A DNA stretch of 64,000 bases from a virus: the IMG/VR virus record IMGVR_UViG_3300036770_006954, positions 64,001 to 128,000 of that record. The stretch is one strand, 5' to 3'. The position numbers were made by a program, and so were the translations under genes. Under the pieces are notes generated by a model, which worked only from the letters and a program-made list of their open reading frames with translations, ran no database searches and was not told the origin of the DNA. Shown here piece by piece: positions 41,386 to 49,546 of this stretch. Position 1 is the stretch's first letter. Every line of letters starts with the position of its first letter.

Positions 41386-41864
41386 AAAAAATTATCAGAC
41401 TAACCGAAACAGATATTAAAAACTTGGTTCTAAGAGCTTTAAAAGAAGCGGAACATGAACATAACCGTTACATGTTTTTCAGCAACTTAGAGCAACTAAA
41501 AAGACAAGCTGAGAGGTTATTAGAACTTGATTCGGATGTAATACACTCAATTTTGGAGAATGGTCACGATTGGGCAGATGACCATATTACCGTTGCAAAA
41601 GAAAACCTTGACCAAGTGTTTGATTTCTTAATGGGTGAAACTCAAGGGATGGATGATGATGAAATGATAATGGTGGATGATGTCACTGTCTTGGAAGGTA
41701 AAAAAAAGACAGGAACAAAATTATGTGCTAGGGGTAAAGCGGCGGCTAAGGCTAAATATGATGTATACCCCTCTGCATATGCCAATGGTTACGCGGTACA
41801 AGTTTGTAAAGGAAAAAAACCAGGTCTTGACGGAAAAAAAAGATGTTCGGGGACCTATTGTTAA
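41382..41864 (+). CDS. Putative head-internal protein with LTE leader and DUF5872-like C-terminus
   Basis: MKKIIRLTETDI leader; KAKYDVYPSAYANGY motif. Confidence 0.55.
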   Translation: MKKIIRLTETDIKNLVLRALKEAEHEHNRYMFFSNLEQLKRQAERLLELDSDVIHSILENGHDWADDHITVAKENLDQVFDFLMGETQGMDDDEMIMVDDVTVLEGKKKTGTKLCARGKAAAKAKYDVYPSAYANGYAVQVCKGKKPGLDGKKRCSGTYC

Positions 41865-41888
41865 TTTGAAAAGTTTGATTTACCTTTG
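41858..41888 (+). promoter_or_regulatory. Bacteroidota-type housekeeping promoter (-33 TTG / -7 TAnnTTTG)
   Basis: TTG at 41858-41860, 20-nt spacer, TACCTTTG at 41881-41888. Confidence 0.5.
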
Positions 41889-41900
41889 TCGTCAAAGATA

Positions 41901-42308
41901 ATGGTAATGAAAAATCTAAACCACACATTTCGTCGTTTCATTCAAAAACTGGCTTTGAAATTATTTCGGTATTTAAACACCGAACAGGAAAGGTCAATTT
42001 ATGAACGGGACTGCATTGCAGTTTGTAAAAAATTTATTTACGAACCTGATTCAATAATGTTACTAACTCCGATTACAAGTAAAAGATACATTAGAAGTGA
42101 AAACAGTCAAATTTTTATTATTTTAGAATCCCATCGTGTAAAAATTATTAACCATGTGTATGCATATGATGTACTGATGAATGACAGGTCATGGAATCAA
42201 TTAATCAAATTGTTTGACAATGAAGTTGAAAAACGGAGGGAGGATTTTGAAAAACAAATCACAAAAAATATCAAAACTTCACTACAAAAAATTATTTCAG
42301 AAAAATGA
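41901..42308 (+). CDS. Hypothetical protein
   Basis: ORF; start at 41901 or 41907. Confidence 0.6.
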   Translation: MVMKNLNHTFRRFIQKLALKLFRYLNTEQERSIYERDCIAVCKKFIYEPDSIMLLTPITSKRYIRSENSQIFIILESHRVKIINHVYAYDVLMNDRSWNQLIKLFDNEVEKRREDFEKQITKNIKTSLQKIISEK

Positions 42309-42664
42309 AACACCCATTCTATACTCTCTACTATACAGGACTTGCCGTCTTGATTTCCCTGTTACTTTTTGGTGGATTATTTATTTCCAATCTCTCAAAT
42401 ATTGTTGACCTTATACCAAAAGAGAATAAACCTAAGGTTCAATCAAATGTGGTAATAAATCCTATGGTGTTAGAAACAACAACACCTAAATCATTTGTTG
42501 AGTTGAATAGTCCCAAAGTAGAAAAAAAAAGGAAAACTGAAACTGAAAAACCAAAATTAGACACTGAGGATACTAATAGTATTCACAATAACATGAATAA
42601 TGAAACACCTAATACTGTAAACAACTTAGATACTACGCAAAAGAGAGGAGATACTACCCTATAG
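42305..42664 (+). CDS. Membrane-anchored hypothetical protein
   Basis: N-terminal hydrophobic helix GLAVLISLLLFGGLFI. Confidence 0.55.
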   Translation: MKHPFYTLYYTGLAVLISLLLFGGLFISNLSNIVDLIPKENKPKVQSNVVINPMVLETTTPKSFVELNSPKVEKKRKTETEKPKLDTEDTNSIHNNMNNETPNTVNNLDTTQKRGDTTL

Positions 42665-43277
42665 ATTCCTTGAGTACTTTTTGAATTAAATCTCTCAATC
42701 CCTCATTCTTTTTCTTTGATTTGTAAGAGGTCATAGTTGGTTTATTACCCTTACCAACTTTGGGCTCCTTTTTTTCTGCTCGTCTTTTTTGCGCACAAGC
42801 GGCTTTTTTTTCAGAGTCTGACATTTTAGCCGCAACTCCTGCCGCTCGGCATTTCGGGTAACCTTTTGATTCACCTTCAGGTCGACCACAAGGTGGATGC
42901 CCACCACCTTCTTTTTTTCTACATATATTAACCCATGGACCTTTGGGTTGTTTACTCCCTTTAGGTTTTTTTTTGGTACCAAACCAAACCGCCAAATCTT
43001 CCTTTAAAATGTCCTCTTTAAAAATTTTCTTTCTCATATTTTCAACTTTCTTAACATTTGTTTTAGTTTGTTTTTCATCTTTGGCAATTTGTTGTTTTGT
43101 TTTTTTTATCTCACCATCATATGAATCAAATGCAGTTTCATTATTAACATAACCTGAAACTTTTTCAGTATAAGGTCTGAGCTGTTCATCCTTCCAAACT
43201 CGTGGGGTAATATTTAATTTTCCTTTAAAAACACCATCACTTGATGATGTGGTACTCTCGTTGATTTTTCTTTTCAT
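42654..43277 (-). CDS. Basic Cys-containing putative head-internal protein
   Basis: EDLAVWF...WVNIC...PCGR...YPKCR; INE/LKE motifs; late motif at 43291-43298. Confidence 0.55.
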   Translation of the reverse strand: MKRKINESTTSSSDGVFKGKLNITPRVWKDEQLRPYTEKVSGYVNNETAFDSYDGEIKKTKQQIAKDEKQTKTNVKKVENMRKKIFKEDILKEDLAVWFGTKKKPKGSKQPKGPWVNICRKKEGGGHPPCGRPEGESKGYPKCRAAGVAAKMSDSEKKAACAQKRRAEKKEPKVGKGNKPTMTSYKSKKKNEGLRDLIQKVLKESIG

Positions 43278-43309
43278 AACCCTATATTTTAATAAATATT
43301 TAGTTTTTT

Positions 43310-43552
43310 ATGCAAGATTTGAATTCAACTTCTTTATTTGACAGAATAACCATCCAAAGTTCAAATGATTTCGATAATTTGATAGACACCTTGAATGCTG
43401 AGCAGGCTGATTATATTACTAAGATAGCATTAGAAAAAGCGTTTAATTCGGGTATCTTTAGCTTAAGCGAAAGTGAAATTCTATCCAAATCGCTAAGAAT
43501 TTTAAATGTTACCAAAAATTTACACAGGGAAAATAATATTGACAAAAAATAA
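43310..43552 (+). CDS. Hypothetical protein
   Basis: 80-aa ORF ending at a bidirectional terminator. Confidence 0.55.
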   Translation: MQDLNSTSLFDRITIQSSNDFDNLIDTLNAEQADYITKIALEKAFNSGIFSLSESEILSKSLRILNVTKNLHRENNIDKK

Positions 43553-43581
43553 AAAAGGGGACCGAAGTCCCCTTTCTTTTT
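43551..43581. terminator. Bidirectional intrinsic terminator downstream of the major capsid gene
   Basis: AAAAAAGGGGAC-CGAA-GTCCCCTTTCTTTTT. Confidence 0.85.
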
Positions 43582-43594
43582 GTAGTTTGAGATA

Positions 43595-45388
43595 TTATCT
43601 CAATTCTCTCAAGTCGAATGTTCTAACACCATCAACTGTGATACGACCGTAGAAACGGTTGTTTACAACCTTCTTAGCGTATCTGGTCATGATACCCTTG
43701 ATAGGTGTAAAGTTGAATGGGTTGTACATTGTTGGAGTGAGTTGTAAAGGTACATATGGAGCGTAGATGTAACCTGTGTCAAGTAACGATGTACCTTTGT
43801 GACCCAACAACACTTGGTTTGCTGGGAAGTAAGGGTCACGGTAAACTTGATATCTACCTGCCAATGTTCCAACTCTCTCAATACCCATGTTGTATTGGTC
43901 TTGCTCAGGAGCTGCGTTTGATACGTGGAAGTACTCCAAGTCATCAAAGATTGCAGAAACCTCAGAAGATACAACAATCCAGTTAGCACCACCTCTTAAG
44001 GTAGACTTGTGGATTTGTGCTGAAATTTGGTTAATTGCAGTGATAAGAGTTTGGTTCCAGTCCTTCTGAGTGTAAGGAGTAGTACCTTGAGAGAATCTCT
44101 TCCATCCGTTGTAGTCCCAACGAAGGTTCCAAGATGCTGCTTTTCTCAAATCTCTTAAGATTTCACGGTCGATTTCCGCAGCTACTTGTTCTGACAATAA
44201 AGCTGTCAATTCAGCTTCAGCGTCGATATTGTGGAACGCAGCTACGTCCTGAGCCATTTCAGGTGACCATTGAGCTCTAAGTTTTCTTTCAGTAACCGAT
44301 ACAGTCACAGACTGAAGGTCGAAAGAAACTTCACCAATTTTATCTTCGAATTCAAGATTCTTGTAGATTCTGTAAGTTGCTGTAAACGCAGAATCATTTG
44401 CAGTTGTTGAAGAGAATGTTGAACCAGTGTATCCGTCAAGTGATGAATCACCACAAGAGATACAAACAGGAACTTGAAGGTCTACTTCGAGGTAAATTTT
44501 ACCTTCAGCGTCACAAACATTGTAGTAAGTACCACCATCAGTCAAACTGTTAGGGAATACCAATGAAGTGTCCTGACCGTATTCCACAATACCCTTACCG
44601 TATCTCTGAGTAACAACTCTAAATAGGTAATTGTTATTTACATTCGCAGAAGTTGTTGGGTTACCAGCAACACCACGGATTTGTAGGTCAGTCAAGAATT
44701 CTTCAGTGTCCATAGGTTGACCGTTTGGTCCAATCAATTGACCAGCTCCAGCTGAAGCAAATCCAGACATCATGATGTAAACTTTTCTGTAATTATCAGT
44801 GTCATATCCTGTAACAATCAAAGAATCTCCTTGCCATGCTACTGTTCTTGTACCAGCTGTGATAGCCGAGAATGAACCTTTTGAGTAGTCGTAAAGTCCT
44901 GGTGGGTCCAAAGCAGGTTCGTTACCTTCGTAGAATCTATCGTAAAGGTCTTTAGTGTTGTTGTAGTCATAACCACTGTTTGGAGTCTGACCAGCAGCCG
45001 CGTTAGGTGCGCCGAAAGGTGCCCAGTGCTCGTTAGCGTTAGCTCCAGTGTAAGACTGAATGTTTGGTACGAAGTAGAACAACTTACCGATAGGAAGGTT
45101 CATCGCTTGTACCGAAACGATGTCGTTAGCCAAAAGTTTAGAGAATACTCTTCTTACGATTGGGAAAACAACAGTTTCAAATGAACCTGTATCTGCAGTT
45201 GATGATGCTTCGTTGATGAGATAAGACGCTTGGTTTTCATACAACTGAGCGATGTTCTCTTTAAGGTGTCCGTTAAGTCCATCGAGGAAACCTAACTTGT
45301 CCCATTTGTTGATTGTATCTTCTTTGATAACCTTAAGGTGCTTAAGACCGATGTTACCAACAAGACCACTTTCTAATAATGCTCCCAT
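43595..45388 (-). CDS. Major capsid protein (T4 gp23-like)
   Basis: VRRVF..L.ANDIVSVQAM, RKLRAQWSPEMAQD..AFH.IDAEAEL, YAPYVPL, P..GIMTRY. Confidence 0.95.
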   Translation of the reverse strand: MGALLESGLVGNIGLKHLKVIKEDTINKWDKLGFLDGLNGHLKENIAQLYENQASYLINEASSTADTGSFETVVFPIVRRVFSKLLANDIVSVQAMNLPIGKLFYFVPNIQSYTGANANEHWAPFGAPNAAAGQTPNSGYDYNNTKDLYDRFYEGNEPALDPPGLYDYSKGSFSAITAGTRTVAWQGDSLIVTGYDTDNYRKVYIMMSGFASAGAGQLIGPNGQPMDTEEFLTDLQIRGVAGNPTTSANVNNNYLFRVVTQRYGKGIVEYGQDTSLVFPNSLTDGGTYYNVCDAEGKIYLEVDLQVPVCISCGDSSLDGYTGSTFSSTTANDSAFTATYRIYKNLEFEDKIGEVSFDLQSVTVSVTERKLRAQWSPEMAQDVAAFHNIDAEAELTALLSEQVAAEIDREILRDLRKAASWNLRWDYNGWKRFSQGTTPYTQKDWNQTLITAINQISAQIHKSTLRGGANWIVVSSEVSAIFDDLEYFHVSNAAPEQDQYNMGIERVGTLAGRYQVYRDPYFPANQVLLGHKGTSLLDTGYIYAPYVPLQLTPTMYNPFNFTPIKGIMTRYAKKVVNNRFYGRITVDGVRTFDLRELR

Positions 45389-45418
45389 TTTAAATTTTTG
45401 TTTTTAGGAATTTTTATT

Positions 45419-47020
45419 TTAGAGTTTATTCATTAAATCCTTAATTCTTAAGTATTGAGGATTTTCATATGTTTTAGACTCAATCAAGGTTGCTGCTGAA
45501 CCAGAAGTTTTTGTTGTGTTCAACTGTCTTTCAACACTTTCTGAAATATTTTTCATGTCTGTGTTTGAAAGTTCATCCTTGACAGTTTTATAGAGTTGCT
45601 TTGATTCTTTAAGAGATTCTACAGAATCAAATCTTCTCAAGATATTTATTTTTTCTTTTTTGGTAGTGGAATGTTCAGTAAATAATCTTGTTGCGTATGC
45701 CAAGTTTGAGTTAAAAACTGCAACTTCGTTGAGTTTCTCTCTAAAGACATTAAGAGCTTTTCTGTACTCTTCATTCTTCTCTCTTAACATGTTTAATTCC
45801 GCTTCAACAGCCTCTACTTTAACACCATTATCACCATAAACATAATTTCTGTTGTTTGTGATACCTTTTCTTAACCCTCTACCTTCTTTTGACCCCATAC
45901 CATAAGTTCTAGCAGCCTCTTTGGTTTCTTCCTTGGTTTCATAGTCTTTCTTGCCAGGATGTGTCTTAGATTTGTCACCTTTGTTACCACCGAATTTTCC
46001 TTCGTAGTCTTTGTAGTGACCATCTTTACCTTCACCAGCTTTCTTCTCAACACCACCTACTTTCTTGCGTCTGTATTCGTGTTTGTCAGAACCCCAGTTC
46101 TTATCCTTACCTTCTTCCATTTCACCCTCTTTGAACTCAAATTTTGCTTTACCAGTACCCATAGCTTTAGGTCCAGCCTTTTTGTGGTCATCAAATCCTT
46201 TTTTAGGTAAAGTACTATCGTACTTAAATTTAGGATGACCCATACCTACGCCTTTTGGTTTTACAGTCATTTTAGCTTCTGAAAGGTCATAATCTTCAGT
46301 ATGAAGTTTATCGTCCTTCATATCCAATTCCAAATCACGAATATGTGCCGCGTCATCTTTTTCAGCTCCACGGTAATGGTCATATTCTTCATCGTCCTCT
46401 TCAGAAAGGTCCATCTCTTCCTCGTCCATTTCTATCTCATACATGACTTCGTCTTCTTCTTCCATAGTTTCAGATGACGAATAAAGAGCATCTAAAACAG
46501 CGTCCAAGTCAGGGTCGTCTTCAACATCAAGTTCGTCGAATTCCATTTCTTGTTCGTCCATTTCCATTTCTTCCATCATTTCATCTTCCTCATCCATTTC
46601 AGATTCGTCGAGTTTTACAATGTATTCTACATCTTCATTCTCGTCAGTGATGTGAACTTCATTTTCGTCTTTTACAACTACGATTCCATCTTCAGGTCCC
46701 ATAGCCTTGAAAGCCTTAATAACTTCCTCATCTGACATATCTGTCATATCGATAGTTTCTTCATCCGAATCAAAATCCATATCGAATTCATCTTCAGAAT
46801 CTTCCATATTATCAACATCGCTATCCATGTCAAAATCCATGTCTAGCTCAGTATCAACTTCAACCTCATCTTCTTGTTCTGAGAGAGATTCCTTTACTAA
46901 CTGACTGATTTCTTCCTTCATTGTAGAAGCAAGTATTCCTTTTGCGTTTTCGGCAATGACTTCTTCAACATTTTTCATTTGAATAAGTGCCTCTTCAACT
47001 AAATTTTTAGTTTCTTGCAT
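45419..47020 (-). CDS. Prohead core/scaffold protein (gp22-like position)
   Basis: Very acidic, coiled-coil C-terminus, many (L/I)xE sites; lies between protease and MCP. Confidence 0.75.
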   Translation of the reverse strand: MQETKNLVEEALIQMKNVEEVIAENAKGILASTMKEEISQLVKESLSEQEDEVEVDTELDMDFDMDSDVDNMEDSEDEFDMDFDSDEETIDMTDMSDEEVIKAFKAMGPEDGIVVVKDENEVHITDENEDVEYIVKLDESEMDEEDEMMEEMEMDEQEMEFDELDVEDDPDLDAVLDALYSSSETMEEEDEVMYEIEMDEEEMDLSEEDDEEYDHYRGAEKDDAAHIRDLELDMKDDKLHTEDYDLSEAKMTVKPKGVGMGHPKFKYDSTLPKKGFDDHKKAGPKAMGTGKAKFEFKEGEMEEGKDKNWGSDKHEYRRKKVGGVEKKAGEGKDGHYKDYEGKFGGNKGDKSKTHPGKKDYETKEETKEAARTYGMGSKEGRGLRKGITNNRNYVYGDNGVKVEAVEAELNMLREKNEEYRKALNVFREKLNEVAVFNSNLAYATRLFTEHSTTKKEKINILRRFDSVESLKESKQLYKTVKDELSNTDMKNISESVERQLNTTKTSGSAATLIESKTYENPQYLRIKDLMNKL

Positions 47021-47061
47021 AAAAATTGTTTTTAATTTACCTTATAAATAGTTCTCAAAAC

Positions 47062-47140
47062 AAAAAAATCCGTCTGAAACCCCCCTCTTTAAGAAAAAGG
47101 TTTTAGACGGACAAAAAAAAAGGTGGATAAACCACCTTTC
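47062..47140 (-). terminator. Two tandem intrinsic terminators
   Basis: Minus strand GAAAGGTGG-TTTAT-CCACCTTTTTTTTT, then CCGTCTAAAACC...GGTTTCAGACGG-ATTTTTTT. Confidence 0.7.
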
Positions 47141-47143
47141 AAA

Positions 47144-47353
47144 TTATTCGATTACTTCGTCGATTTTACTTTCAACAACAGAAACGATACGCCATTCGTG
47201 TTGGAACCCCGTATATTTCTTTGTGACTTTAGCTTCGACATCAGTTACAGAAAAACCGTTTACAAGTTTCTCTTCTCGGATTTTTTTGATTCGACCTGAG
47301 TTTTCGTCGGGTAAATCATAAACCACTTTAGCAATGAAAAATTTCTCATCCAT
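47144..47353 (-). CDS. DUF4494-like small protein
   Basis: FIAKVVY...G.IKKI.E..LV...S.T..EA pattern of a Bacteroidota family. Confidence 0.55.
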   Translation of the reverse strand: MDEKFFIAKVVYDLPDENSGRIKKIREEKLVNGFSVTDVEAKVTKKYTGFQHEWRIVSVVESKIDEVIE

Positions 47354-47372
47354 AATTATTAAATCATTTTAG

Positions 47373-48089
47373 TTAACGATTTAAATAATCGGTTAATTTT
47401 TTCATTAAATCAACTGACTTACCCATTCCAGAGTCAGAAATTTTCTGTTTTTTTTCTTCCTCGAGGTTTTCCTCGTACATTGACCTCTCTTCGGGGGAGT
47501 TAAATAGGTAAGCACCAGGAGTTGACGGTGAAGATACCAAGTCGAAACAGATAAGTTCAAAATCGTCCTGTACTTCATTTTGTTCTCCCTTTTTAGCCAA
47601 AGACCCAACACCACGCGATGAAACACCCATTGTTACACCTTGTCTCATGAGGTTTGCTGCGATATCTCCCTTGGTTGATACAATACCACTCTCATGGAAT
47701 CCTGGTGATGTAAGGAGTTTTAATTTACCCATAAGGATATGACCATCCCACCATATGTCTGTAATAAGGTGTGATACTCTATCCAAATCAATCAATGATG
47801 ATTCAGGGTGATTTAACTCAGAGGTTGATAAACCTTTTTTAATTGCGGTTTTATATCTGTCAGCCTCTCTTTTTAAAATTCTCTCAGGGTATACTCTTCC
47901 ATTTCTATTTGGGACACCAAATTTTTGAAGAACAGCATAGAACTCAAATGGGTTACGATAATCCATTTGTTTTTGTTCTTTCAAAAATGACTCATTGAGT
48001 GGGTCAGAGGGTGAAATGTAACCAGCGTCCATTTCAATCAATATACCCTTACCCGTTTCTCTTGGCCCAAGAATGTGCAAATCTTTCAT
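47373..48089 (-). CDS. Prohead protease (T4 gp21-like)
   Basis: NRNGRVYP, ELNHP, GVSSRGVGS, FDLVSSPS. Confidence 0.92.
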   Translation of the reverse strand: MKDLHILGPRETGKGILIEMDAGYISPSDPLNESFLKEQKQMDYRNPFEFYAVLQKFGVPNRNGRVYPERILKREADRYKTAIKKGLSTSELNHPESSLIDLDRVSHLITDIWWDGHILMGKLKLLTSPGFHESGIVSTKGDIAANLMRQGVTMGVSSRGVGSLAKKGEQNEVQDDFELICFDLVSSPSTPGAYLFNSPEERSMYEENLEEEKKQKISDSGMGKSVDLMKKLTDYLNR

Positions 48090-48115
48090 TATATTCTTTT
48101 AAAATAAATATAATG

Positions 48116-48568
48116 TTAGTTCATAGTTTTAATTTTTATCTTTTCTTTACTGGAAGTAAATGTGAAGTAATCATTTTTGATTACACAATCTTTGTAAATT
48201 TCTCTGATAATTTTTTTTATTGCGTCTTTCAGTACCGAACCTTTGAAATCTATTTCAGTTTTAGTGAATAGATTTATCTCAAGATTCATAAAAGACTTTT
48301 TACCTACTTGAATACCACTTGTTCTTAGGTCTAAGTCGACGATAAATTTTTCAGCGAAAAGTTCACGATTAATACTTTCATAAACACTGTGTTTTACATT
48401 TCTTGAAAGACCACCTACAACACGGTCCCAATTCTCCATTTCCTTTTTTGGAGTAACCCATGTTTGTATGTTTATGTAAAGTGATTTTAGTTGTTTTGAA
48501 TCTACTGTTCCGTATTGAGTTTTAATTGATTCATATTGGTTAATTTTAACCGTTTTTCCTTTTTTCAT
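48116..48568 (-). CDS. Hypothetical protein in the head module
   Basis: 150-aa ORF. Confidence 0.65.
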   Translation of the reverse strand: MKKGKTVKINQYESIKTQYGTVDSKQLKSLYINIQTWVTPKKEMENWDRVVGGLSRNVKHSVYESINRELFAEKFIVDLDLRTSGIQVGKKSFMNLEINLFTKTEIDFKGSVLKDAIKKIIREIYKDCVIKNDYFTFTSSKEKIKIKTMN

Positions 48569-48645
48569 TCATATTCAGATTGGAATCTGTTTATTTTTTA
48601 ATAATCATAAGAAACTTTTACCCCAAATCCAAATATTTCTATTAT

Positions 48646-48831
48646 ATGTTAATAGTACAAGTAGACAAAAACATTGAGAAAGCACTCAAAATGCTTAAGT
48701 CTAAAGTTATTAAAACCAAACAGAGTCAAAAACTTAATTCCTTAAAAGAATACCAAAAAAAATCTGTTAAAAGAAGAACAGAAAAAACAAAAGCTTCTTA
48801 TGTTCAAAAGTTTAAGAATCAAGAAGAATAG
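48646..48831 (+). CDS. rpsU: Ribosomal protein bS21 (phage-encoded)
   Basis: MLIVQVDKNIEKALKMLKSKVIKTK...EYQKKSVKRR...KA.YVQK matches Bacteroidota S21; antisense within the head module. Confidence 0.85.
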   Translation: MLIVQVDKNIEKALKMLKSKVIKTKQSQKLNSLKEYQKKSVKRRTEKTKASYVQKFKNQEE

Positions 48832-49519
48832 ACTCTTCTAATTTCTTTAACTTTACATAATTAACTTGGTCGAATTTTTCAGTTTCAATCTTTTCAATGG
48901 TTTCATTAATTTTAGATTGAATATCTGACTCTTCTTGTTTGGAGAGCAAAACCTTCAGTTTGTTAATTGTCGACTCCTTAAGAGTTGAGTACTCACTTTC
49001 CAAATCTTCATTCTTAGACGCTAAGATATGAAATACCTCTTTCTTGGTCACCTCATCCAAACTCTCTATGTATTTTCCAATAGTTTGATTGGCAATCGTA
49101 ACCATCGACTTCAAAGGAATTTTAGGGCTTTCATTTAAACCTTTTGCAGTAGACATAAGATTACTAATTAATCTTTTTTTTGACGACAACCTTTTGTGAA
49201 TATTCACATTTTCAAAATACACCAAATTATCAATATCTTGGTAAATATTTGAAGATTTTTCCCCATTTTTTGGTAATGAAGCATTCTCTAACAAATGTCT
49301 AATTACATTTACAGATTCTTCTAAAAATTCTTTGGCGTCGTTTTCAGATAATCCTTGTGGTGTATTAAGGTCATCATAAATGGAATAAACCTTTGAAAAA
49401 GATTTATTTTTCAAAACATTATGTTTGAATTCTTTTAATGTTTGCTTGAAAGTAGAAGAGTCTTTGTAGGACTCTACCAAGTTTTTTTCGATAATCGATT
49501 TAATTTGTCCGAAGGTCAT
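48812..49519 (-). CDS. Hypothetical helical protein in the head module
   Basis: 235-aa ORF; late motif at 49539-49546. Confidence 0.65.
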   Translation of the reverse strand: MTFGQIKSIIEKNLVESYKDSSTFKQTLKEFKHNVLKNKSFSKVYSIYDDLNTPQGLSENDAKEFLEESVNVIRHLLENASLPKNGEKSSNIYQDIDNLVYFENVNIHKRLSSKKRLISNLMSTAKGLNESPKIPLKSMVTIANQTIGKYIESLDEVTKKEVFHILASKNEDLESEYSTLKESTINKLKVLLSKQEESDIQSKINETIEKIETEKFDQVNYVKLKKLEESILLDS

Positions 49520-49546
49520 GAGGTTGTATTTATTCTCTAATAAATA

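Noticed and set aside
48580-48645. Upstream extension of the bS21 ORF given in the ORF track
   Set aside because: S21 similarity begins at Met 48646; the extension covers the intergenic promoter region
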